A stretch of 64,000 nucleotides of DNA from Macrostomum lignano (Eukaryota). The notes under the pieces are model-generated. The model had not been told where the DNA came from and did not search any database. It worked only from the letters and a program-made list of their open reading frames with translations. This document shows positions 43,739 through 54,900 of the stretch, piece after piece. The translations under genes were made by a program, and so were the position numbers. Within the stretch, counting starts at the first letter, position 1; each line of letters opens with the position of its first letter. The stretch covers positions 1 through 64,000 of the forward strand of contig NIVC01003425.1 in NCBI GenBank assembly GCA_002269645.1, written 5' to 3'.

Positions 43739-44255
43739 ACTCAAAACCAAAGATAAAAAAATCAGTTCAGAAAACACTCAGTATCCCAAAAGTGCTTTGA
43801 GAGCGCTTTGTCCCAGGCTCCTGCTTAGCTAGTCAAGTAAATCAATCAACCATTCCGTACTAGTAAACAAGCAGTTCGCATTGGCACCCGCATTAGGCAG
43901 TGACAAGTATCTTGGCTCTCTGCAGCGTAAAAATAGGATGGAAAAGCCCAGCTTACTCCCTCTGAGTTCCAAGGCCGGCCCTCTTTGACATGAATAATTA
44001 AATGGTAATAGAGTTGCAGAAGCTCTTTGGAGGTGCTCAGCTCTGGTCGCGGACGAAAATAGATTGCAGAAAGACGTGCGACCCGCTCGCTCGATCGTGT
44101 CTGCCAGTTCAAGTGGTGCATCTAACAGTCAGGTTCGAGTGCTCTTAGAGGCTGTCTCAAGGTTACTGACGGGCTGCGCTCGGCTAGTTTCTGCGAGAAT
44201 GACGCAATAAAAAATCTTCCTCTGATACAAGAATGCGAATGTTCGAACTCCAGCA

Positions 44256-44723
44256 CAGGGGCGTCGCCATGGATTTCATGGTTGTGGGGGACACAAAGAC
44301 AAAAATTCTAAATGACTAAGAACAACAAAATACGCAGTCAGCGTCATCAGGGCGCACCTCAGGGCCAGGTCGCGAACGAACGCCACGCCGCCGACCGTAT
44401 CCGGGGCGCTGGCGTCAGCAAGAAGGCAGTCGACGAAAAGCTGAGTGCGGGTCTGCCCACGGTGCCAGCAGGGTCAGCAGCAGCACCTCCAGCACCGGCT
44501 GTGGGCAGTACGTCATGTGGCCTTCCAGCTGGAGTTGCCGACGTCGCAACAGGTCACTTGGACGGACCAGGCCAGTTTACATGACTAAATGCGTACAGTA
44601 TTGTTTTTAGCACTCATTTTGGCGCCCTGAAGCAAAGTTATTGATTTCCATAACGGGTCACAAGGTGGCGCGGGAGGACAAAGCACTGACATGTCCCCCA
44701 GCCCTCCGGTGGCAACGCCCCTG
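44256..44723 (+). mobile_element. hAT-like MITE copy 3 carrying a nested LINE fragment
   Basis: TIRs CAGGGGCGTCGCCA...TGGCAACGCCCCTG; 8-bp flanks CTCCAGCA/TTCTAGAA (5/8 match, NTCTAGAN-like); only a remnant of the 21-bp unit. Confidence 0.78.
44320..44580 (-). mobile_element. 5'-truncated LINE (RTE-like) 3' fragment
   Basis: Minus strand encodes LLRRRQLQLEGHM-YCPQPVLEVLLLTL / RGQTRTQLFVDCLLADA (one frameshift), resembling the post-RT RRRRLQLAGH segment of LINE ORF2. Flanked by a perfect 8-bp direct repeat ATGACTAA (44312-44319, 44581-44588). Confidence 0.7.
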
Positions 44724-45948
44724 TTCTAGAATGACATTTATACTAGTACTCATACTACCAATACTAATTTCAGCATTATAATAATTAGCCATTACTTATA
44801 GCAGATTTGATAGCTAATTTCAACTGATACCCAGCAATCGTGTCAGGACCTTCTTCCAGCAAAAGAAGTAGCTCGCGAAACTGGCCCATTCACAGGGGAG
44901 AGACGTGGAGAAAGTGAGGTTGGAAATGATAGATGGTAGCGGGCAGCGACTTAGAGGAAGTTGTGCCAAGGAGTGTGAGATAGCGGCTTATTTGGTACGG
45001 AGCGCCTGTGCCGCAGATGGAGGGAAGGGGGGGGGCGAACACCGACCGAAAGTGGGGAAGATTAGAGGGGATCGAGTGAGGTTCGCCGGCACAGCCACTG
45101 CTGCTGTCCCCCAATCGCCTTCCCCCTTCAGCGAATCCAGCTGGACCCTTTGGTTCCACCTCGTCCCTCTTCGTTCTCCCCTCCTCATCCCCTCTTCCTG
45201 TCGACTTCCTAAGCCCTAGTCCAGAGTTTTTTGCATCTCTGATCTCTCTCAGCCAGCCAACCGCCCAGCGCCAACCGGTCTTCTGCCGCCCTCCCCGGTT
45301 CCCTCCTACCGTATTTTAGCTCCCATAGCTGCCCCCCCCCCCTATCTTGCTGTCCCAGTCGCGGGGAGAAGAGATATAGAAGTGAGGGTGAAGGCGGACA
45401 GAGAGACTGAGCGGCCGTTTCAATATTCAGACTGCTGCGCACAATATCTGGCCTCAGCTGCCACCCCGCACCTCATCGCAGCTGCGCACGACTTCTGAGG
45501 TGCCGGGGCCCGTGTGGAATTTTCGAGTCCACCTCCCCATCTCCCTTTCCCTCCAAGTTCTCCTATTTTTTTCTCCCGATTTCGGCTATCCAGCTACTTC
45601 CCGGATCCTGCGGCCTTTCTGTTTCTTGCCAACTAGCATTCGAATACTGGTTTTTTATCAAAAAAGAGGGCCGAGAGCGAGAGGGGCCTTGAGAGCTGAG
45701 CACAGGAGCCGAACCCGCTGGTCTCGCTGCCTCGCTCTCCTTTACCTTTGCGCTTTGAAGCAGAAACAAACTTTTATTTCATTGCTTCACTATTCTTATC
45801 TTCGATCCTGGTGTACTTTTTCGGAATTTGGCAGCATAAAAACATTTGTTTCGTAGCCGAATTGGCTTGCACCCAGTCCGCGTGCAGCTCCATCTACTGC
45901 GGCGCAGCGTCCGCGACTTTGAAGATCTGATTCGATCTGTGCGACGCC

Positions 45949-45980
45949 ATGTCCAAGTCGCCGCGTGAAAAGCACAACAG
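45949..45980 (+). CDS. HHD-PDZ gene exon 1 (putative start)
   Basis: gccATG context with an in-frame stop just upstream; MSKSPREKHN ag|gtgagt; phase 2 matches the exon 2 acceptor. Confidence 0.62.
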
Positions 45981-48900
45981 GTGAGTTTATAGTTTCGAAT
46001 TGGGAAGAAAATAGTTTGCGAGAACTGGTGGATTTCCGTGGCGGACAAAATTGTGGGCAAAAATGGTAGATCAGTTGAGATACGGTGGAGCGAAGGTTGC
46101 GTTGTCGAAGCCAAAACGCATGCAACTTGTGCCCGTTAAAGTTGTTTAACTAAAAACAAGTGGTGTCCCTCTTTACGTCCGCAACGATATGCCCTAGGGG
46201 GGGGGGGGTGTTTCGCAAAGCAGAGTTTCATCTTAGCCCTCTACTTAGGTCCGAGGTTGGAATTTTAGGCGTTTGACAAAACTATAAGGCGCCGTTTACT
46301 AAGGAGTCGAATTTTAGATGTCTGATAAAATTTATTAAGGCTAGCTTCCAAGTTCGATGCGACTCAAAGAGAGAGAGAGAGAATTTAAGAGTGAAGTGCT
46401 TCACGTACATGTAAGAAGTCTACGGTGAAACCAAAACCATCTGTGGTAGCAAATGGGTCGAATCGAATGGATATACTTAATACATGTCTCAGCTCAAAAT
46501 GTAACAAGAGAAGTATCAGATGAGCAAAACAACACCAATAACAAAACAAAAAATACTCAGTCCCAGTAAGTCAGTAGAGGAGCGTCAGATGGGGCTCCGA
46601 AGAGCCAGCGAGCGGACAAAGTCCGGCCCATTGACAGTGTCAGGCGTCCCAGCGTCGCTCAGGCTGCAGTCCACGTATCTCCGGGTCCTCACTTGATCCC
46701 ACCCGAATGATCTTGGCAAAGTGAGCAGCAGGATGCCCTGGACAGGCTGAAGGCAGTAGCTAACTGTCAGCCAGGATCATGTGGCCTGCCAGTTGGAATC
46801 TTCGCCTGCACGGGATGGTGGATGGTGAAGGAGGAAGCCATTTCTTTTGTCTTGGAAATAATCCAATGATATCCAAGCAAAAAAAGGAAGGCGTTGTGTG
46901 GGAATTATACTGTAGTGTGGCGGAGAACAGTGAATGAACGTAGATTTTTTGTCTATAGCTTGCCTTTCAGGTACTAAGGGGAGATACAAAGACTCAGACC
47001 CTCCCCAGTCTGCCCAAAAGAGACTGGGCCGCACCATTGACTCAAAATAGTACTGACTCAAAAATGGTTAAGCACCAACCAGGAATAGAGGTCAGACAAG
47101 AACTGGTTTTAACCAGTGGGGTCAGTTAGGATGCAGCTTGTGCGAAACTCCTCCCCCTTCCCCAGAGCCTTAGAGGCATCTCAAGAGCAGGACTAAAACT
47201 GGACCAATGAGCTCCAAATTAGCAGAGGAATAGAATCCCTGCGATTAGATCGGGCTTGGCATTGGTTTTGATGCGGCGATCCTGGACTGAGGAAGCCGCA
47301 GGCCGGCCCTGGACTGCTCAATTATTGATGCCCTGATCCGACTCGTTTGCCCAACCGCTGTGAATGGATGCGTTCCCTGTGATGATGGGGCATGAGAGAA
47401 TCTGAGACTGAAGTAATTGGAAGATTGACTCGAAAGGTCAGCGCATCGGGGGGGGGGATGCACAGAGAGTGCGACCTGCTTATGCTTTAGCTATTACCCT
47501 CGCGTGGGGGCAATAAATTTAATGCAGATGGGACCGGCAAGAGCAGCTGGAAAGGCCGTGACAGAGTCGGTCGCGGCCTCTTTTTATTTCTAGTGTTCCT
47601 AAACCATCCAACACAGTGCAAGCATAAACAATGTCTGGAAACACAGACGCAAACTGCAGAATCAAGTGCGCGGTGAACTTCAAGAGGCTCCAAACATTCC
47701 TGACCTTCAAGGATGTCGCTGGCTTAGGCTACAGCGGCCATGAGCTGCCTAATTTATTTACTCGCTAGTGGGTAGCGTAACCCCCCCCCCTACCGCCGAT
47801 GAAAACTGGCTCGACTTGGGTAGCGAATTGAGCAGCCAAAAAGGGGGGTTGGGGTTGCGTGATCCGGGCCAGCTGCCTTTATCTCTGGGGGTCCGGCGGT
47901 GCCAAAGCCGCTGAATAATTCCCCCAGCCATTATAATTCCGTATCTTTCTTGCCGCTCCGAAGATAGATTAGTACTGCGGCTCTGGCTGGACTCATTCCG
48001 GTGCCCAGTTTTTATCCAGCTCTTTTTTCCTCTTTGTTGGCCTGCCAGAGTCGGCCCGTCACGGGGCTTCCGTTGCCAGCACCGAATTCGCCTGCTATTC
48101 CCAGATGGAGAGAAAGAGAATTTGACTCTTTCCCTCTGCTCAGCGCTTCCCCGCAGCAGACTATTGCTGATTGCAGCTCTTCTACTGCTGCTAATTTTTT
48201 TGTTAATTTGCTGCCGACTGAGCTTAAATTTGGCAAGCGTCGACCAGCCTTGATTGCGAAGTAGCGAAGTATAAAAAAACTGCTGAGCCAAGAATTTAAA
48301 TTTCAATTTTGCGCAGTCCCCAGATTATTGAACAGCACGTGCAAGCCAAACTGCAAACTTATTTGTCGTTTAAAAACACCCCCCCCCAAGGAGTGCCAGC
48401 CTTCGCAAAGCGGCGCACCAGCTGCTCAGCAGGGAGGAATGCGAGACCTTCAAGGCGGCGCTGCGAGCTTTCCGCGAGACCACAACAGCGGGGCAGCTGA
48501 TCAGCAGCCTGGAGAAGATCATCGACTCGCCGAAGAAGCTCAGCCTGCTGCGCGAGATCGCCCTGCTGCTGCCGATGGAGCAGCGCCGGGATTTTATACG
48601 CATGTCACGCCAGCGATTCAAAGGCTCCGAGCTGCTGCTTCAGGAGGAGAACATCGCCCAGGAGGCGGCCAGCAGGAACCGGTTGAAGAGCAGCAGCTCA
48701 GCCTGCCTGCCGGGCATTGCGGAGCCGTCGCAAGGGCCGCTGATTAGGCAGCAGCTGCAGCTGCAACTGCAGCAGAAGCATCAGCAGCAGCCGCAGCAAA
48801 GGCTGCAGCGACCTGGCGGAGGCGCCGCCACCTTCAGCGGCAAGCGACTCAGCATCAACCAGTTGGGCTTGTCGGACAGCGCCATCGGGAAGCTGGAGCG

Positions 48901-51900
48901 AGCTGTGGGACTGGCCGAGAAGATCACCCTGGCTGACAGCGCACCGATTCGAAGGCTAAAAGACGATTCGGCACCCCGGGTGATCAAGTTGAACTCGGCC
49001 ACGTTTCAGGTAAGCTATAAATCATGCCACAGAACAGCACCTGATGGGATGATGGGATGGCAGATACCAGCTGATGTATTCGGACTTTTTTTAATTCAAT
49101 GCACTTACTTAACTTAGAATATTTGTTTCTTACTTCGTAGTTTGCTGCTGCTTTGAAAATTTGGCTCTCTGCCAAAAGCAGGCCTCTCAATCACGGTAGC
49201 CACTTACCGCTGCAATTGATTTCCGCAGGTACGCTACAAGTCTCAGATTTCGCCCATCACCGGACTGTCGCAAGGAGACGGCAGCGTGAGCGTCGTTCAA
49301 ATCGCTGGACCATCGACCTCTTCGACAGGAGCTTTGGACAGCTCGTCCAATTCAGCAGCGGCTCCAGTCAAGTTCCAGTCGCTCGGCTTCGTTCGTCAGC
49401 AGCATCCGCAGATCTCCGTCATCAAGGAGGAGTCGCCAACAGACGAGGCGAACACTGGCAGCGGAGCCCGCGGCAGTCCAGCCGGTGGAAAGTCTCCGGC
49501 CAAGACGGCGTCTTCAGCGTCCGCCTCGGCTTCGGCAGCGGCATCGACAGCGCAGGATCCGGACGATGAGCTGATGGAGCGCATCAAAAACCAGATGTCA
49601 AGACCGAGACCACCGCTGGCTGCACTGCAGGACAAAGGCTTCTGGGCACTCAACAGTCCGCGAAGAAACCTGCAGGAGCAGCGCAAGCAAGAGCGTCGGT
49701 TGCTGCAAGAATCGGCCAGTGAGCTGATGCAGGCGCACGCATCGCCTTCAGAGACACCTCAGAAAATCGTTACAGAAGCTATTGTAGCAGAGCAGCCGCC
49801 TCCGCAGCCCCAGCCTCCTGCGCAGGAGGAGATCCACATCATGCCGTGTCATGATGAGACCAACCATGGCATCTGCGACGTGATCCTGGACCGGCCCGAC
49901 TCAGAGATCACCACCGGCTTCTCCACAGACACAGACACTGAGGCTGCGCAGCCGGTATCGGCAGCGGCTCTGGCGGCTGCAGCAGCTCTCGCTCTCTCGT
50001 CTTCGGCACCGCCGACTTGCGCTTTCCCAGAATCCTCGGCGATAGATGGCGAAGCAACGCCACCGGCGGAGAATCACAGAGATGTTGCCGAGACTAGCGA
50101 AGATGTGGAGACAGCGGTTGAGGCTGAGGAGAAACATGAAGATGAGAATAATGTTGATGAGGATGTGGTTAAGCCATCTGAAGCCGTGACTCAACAATCA
50201 GAAAAAATGGAAAAAGTAGCAAAAGAAGACTCGGAACCAGATGTAGTTGGCAGCTTAAGCGAAGATTCAAGCGCCCAAAATGCCCACGCGGTTCAGGATG
50301 ACAATGATGACAGAAATGTTGACGCTGACGCGGAACCAGATGCGGATTTCCATGCAGACGCAGCCAAAAATGCTCCAACGGTCGATTCTGACAGCAGGGA
50401 GGCGAGCGATGCAGAGCGCGAGGCCAGACACGGTAGTGCAGATCTCATCAGCAGACGGTCGGTGTCCATGGTGGAGGTGGCGTCCGCTGCCACCGCGAGG
50501 ACGGAGCCTCGATCAGGCGGCGAAGACGCTGGTGAGTTTCGCGATAAAAGCTTTCTCAGCCCTGTTACTGCATGACTAGTGCAATTCCACTGTTTGAGTT
50601 GAAGAGCCCACTCGAGTGCAAACCCGCATCAAGACAGAAATAAGCACCCCAGACAACAATCTGATTATTCCAATTGCGTGGACTTGTCCGTGTCGAGAAG
50701 GTCCACGGGCTCCCAAAGGGGCCCCGCAGTGCTGATTGTATCGCGCCCTGTAATAAGCCAATCTGCACGAGCGCGCTTAAAAGCTTATACTCGTAGAAGA
50801 AGCTTGGAGACAAAGTGGCTGGATTTGGGATGGGAGAGCAGATTGGTCCAGACAGAACTCGGCGCCTAGATGAGGGAAAGCCTGATAGCCTGACGTTTGC
50901 GTCAGAAAGGATTATTGGAAGAATTCGTGTGCTATGGTGTGGATTTAGGATGTGGCTCTTCTGTAGAAGTAAACAGATATCTGTGTTCAACTTATTATCG
51001 TTTTTTATTAGCGTACGAGTAATGGTACACTAAATGTAGAAACGAGCGCTGGAAACCGGACTGTCGGTAAGATAAGACCCCATCATCATGCCAGCGCTGC
51101 CGCTTGATTGAGAGTGAAAATGGGAAGAAAGTTCAGACAGACCACCGTATGGAAGGCCGGAGTAGGAAATATGAAAAACTAAGAATGGAAGATTTTTTTT
51201 GACAGGGACGAATGGTTCGCTGCTGTGGTTTCCCTCTCCTTTACTGTTCCCTCCTACGGTCCCAGCCAGGAAATACCTGGAGCTACCTGGAAAGGATTTG
51301 CAAAGTTGATATTCTACGCACTTTAGGGGCGGGGTTTGAACGCCTTCATACCCATCAGAATCTTGCGCGAATCTGCAAGGCATAGATGGTCCAAGGGCCC
51401 CGCACTTCATACCAGCTGAAGCGAAATGTGGAAGTTAAAGTTTCGATAGGAGGCCGTGTAAGTTGAACTTCGGTTGCTTGTTGTTGGTATTCATGCGTTC
51501 TACGGGTCAAAAGATAACTGCCGAACGTTGCATTCGCCGGTGTGAAGCAAACTTACATAGCAAAGCTTACTGACCAATGTTTTCAATGTTTTCAATGCTG
51601 GGAACGTAAGCAAGGAAAATTTCCCAACGTCATCTAACTGTTGTAATATGCTATATAATCAAAACAAAGCAAATATTTAGTGTTACTAAATCCGAATGAG
51701 TCAAAGTTAATTGGAGAAGATACAGAGGAAGAGATACGCTCATAAATGCAATGCAAGTACGCATTTCATCCAACAGGCCAACAGGCCCAATAGTGACTGG
51801 AAGCCCGTCCTCAGATCTCCGCTGTCCAGAAATGATGATTGCTTTTGCGTGTGCTGTCTCCCCTCTCTGTTCAAAGTCCGCGTGTGCCAGTTCCCATCCG

Positions 51901-54900
51901 TCTGCCAGGGTCCACTGGATTGAACAGCTGTGCGCTTCATTTGGCCATCTATGCAACCTTTTCATGGCTTTGCCTTGAATACGTCCTGTCCCAGTGCCTC
52001 TCTCGGCAAGGCCCGTGGTTAATAGTCCATTGCCCACTGAGCCGCAGTAATTTTATTTACCCGGAGAAAACTACAGAGATCGATGCGAAGTCTAGCTTTT
52101 CAGTTTAAGCTTCACTGCGAACGTTTTAAAGTGAAGAATATGATAAAATTGCATCATCAATCCATTAGCTTTGCAGTTTCAATAGCTGGGATGTGCTGGG
52201 ATGTGCTCACAATCATATTGTAGCTGCCGGAAGCAGCAAAACAAAAATCATGGGACAGTACAATACGAATTATCTTAAAAATCCTGTGAGCAAACTGAAT
52301 GAATGCGTGATGCAATTTGTTTCCTTTGTTTTGGAGAGAGCACCTTCCAAGTAGGAACTTTCTCGATTGTTCTCTCTCGCCGAAGCTTGTAGGAGCGACT
52401 AACGGGGTTCGGCAAGATTTTTTTACCTCCAAGGCCAAATGGAGAACCTAGAGAATGACTACGGGCCGGAGGAGGGGAGAGAGGAGAGGGAATAGCGAAG
52501 AGAGAAGGGAGATAAGAGAAAAAGAGGCGAGAGTATAAGGAAGAAGAAGAGTGGAGAGAAGAGGAGAGAGAAGAGAGGAGAGAGGAGATGAGGAGAGAGG
52601 AGAGAGGAGAGAAAACGAGAGGAGAGGAGAGAGGAGAGGAGAGAGAAGAGAAGAGAGAAGAGAGGAAGAGAGTAGAGAGGAGATTAGGCAAGAGCATGGA
52701 GAAGAGACATAAACATTGAGCGGGCTGGATTGCTATTGTGAAGTTTCAAACGACCCGAGAAGGGTCGGATGGAGATACTCTGCGGGCCGCATGTGGCGCA
52801 CGGGTCGGAGTTTGTCGACCCATAGCCTAACTTCACAGGAGAGCTTTGGAATTCGATACTGATTTAGCCAGTCGTGACCAAATAAGTTGGAACGGTCTGG
52901 AGCATACACATGTATCACTGCTGGGAAAGAAGCTGAGGGTTCGCAGAATCTCGCGCCAAACTGACTGACTCCATGTGCCAATGCATTTGTTTTAGACCTA
53001 TGCAATTCTGCCAATGCACAGGGTTGTTTAGTTTCGTACAAACACCTGAAAATACGCTCGTAAGAACTTCTGGGCCGTGTACACAAGTCTTTAGCGACAT
53101 CTTTATGGTATTGTTCGTGAAAATAGTTTAAAAACTAAAATCTATTGTCAGATGCGCACGACAGCCAGGCGCGTCTCCGCCAGGTTCGCGAGAAGAGCAG
53201 CTCGCTGCAGCGCGACACGAAGTCAGCCAGACTTGGAAACGACGGCTGCTCGTCGCCGCCGCCTCCTCCGACGATGCCGCCGACAACAAGTGCCGCGTCA
53301 GCGGCCATGTCAGCAGCCGCCAGGGCCAAGTTCTCCAGCAGCCCGCCTGTGGCTGACAACCAGCTGTACCGCATGCTCTACGGACCGAGCACCGGCAGCG
53401 GAAAGGAGGAGGATGATCAGGTTTGATCACGTATTTGAATCTTGATAAAAATGAAGGAAAATTAAAAATAAACAATGTCAAAATCAGTTGAAGTGAAGTG
53501 AATTAGTGCGATGAATTGTAATCATCAAAAGAAACAAGCCGTGACGGAAGACGCAGAGATGGATTGTATGGCACATCCAAATCTCGTTAAGCGTGATAGG
53601 GTTCAGGGACAATACGGTCTCAACGCATGCATGTAGAAAACATACTAAAATTTTTCTACCTTATCGTCATCTCCAGGTTTCTGTGACGTCATCGGTACTA
53701 GAAAGCGAGTACCTGAAGTCGCGTCTCATCCAGGGCTGGCCCGTCGTTAGTGGGCCCGTCGCGGCGACAGCATCAACTGCGTCGGCAACATCGCGAGTGA
53801 CGGCTGGCTGCCAAACGGAATCGCAGCTGACGCCTGAAGGTCACGCGGACTTCGGCCTGCAGGTGTCCATGCACTCCGACTACAGCGTAGGCAGCGGCGG
53901 TGGCGGCGGGGGTGAATCAGCTGGTGACGTCTTTCGCCGGCTGAGACCCGTAGACAATCGGGAGATTCAGTGCGACCTGGGCAGGCCTCTGCTGCAAGAC
54001 TCAACGACATCGCCGGCAGAGAGTGAGTTGCTGGGCTTTGCTGGCGTTTAATAAGCTACCGGTGGACTTTAAATCAATTGGCAAAAAAGTATCCCCAGAG
54101 ACCAGCTGGGTTCATATCTAGATATAGACGAACCGCAACTAACGGGGAAACAATTGTAGCCCCGCTCAGTTGGCTGACCATGAAGGCATGCATATTCGCA
54201 TATGGACGCACAAGCTAGGTGCATCTCGTACTATAAAGATCTCTCCGATTTTCTTGTACTAGGCAGGTCACCCTTTCTTCTTTGTCGGACTTCATAGTCG
54301 TGGGAAGGGCACAAAAATTGTCCAGCCCACTGAGTTTATACCCACGGACTTTTTGTACGAGAGTTGGAGGCGTGGTCTCTCACTACTCACCCATGCTTCT
54401 GTTCCGGACTCATTGTCAAACGTTGATGAGTGGTTCAGCTTCTTTCACGCTTTCTCGTAGTCTCGTCGTATTTTATGCATACATTACCGTCTTCAAGGCA
54501 GCCTCTGGACAATTCCCATTTTGAGACTTATCTCTCGTGCCTTACTCATAAGTGTGTTTATTGCAAGCGTGATGTATTTTATTAGTCACGTGCGTCTGTG
54601 AATATTTTTGTGTGCCGCTGGAGAGTTGAAATTTATTAATAATTTAAATTCCACAGAAAGCTGAAACAACATTAGATCCAGCCGAGCACAGAAATGAAGA
54701 CTAAGAGCGGATATCTCATCGTAACACTCCTCGACCGTATCCTCGACCATGAAAATAATATTCCAGTTCCCTGGTTATAGCTGATTAGTTTCGCCCTGTT
54801 TTCAGAGAGAATTCTGATGTACGGCTTGTAGTTAAAAAAATAAAGCGTGTACGTCATGCTATAAATCATAGATACTTGCTCATAATTGATTATTTGCTGA

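Noticed and set aside
44320-44580. Host-gene capture by the MITE (Pack-type), or a selenocysteine-like TGA shared with the 46.7-kb homolog
   Set aside because: The TSD and RRRxQLxGH motif indicate a LINE insertion. The shared TGA is just the out-of-frame reading of CAC-ATG-A (GHM).
51090-51230. DRDEWFAAV-like peptide suggesting a LINE ORF2 C-terminus
   Set aside because: Too short and interrupted to support a call.
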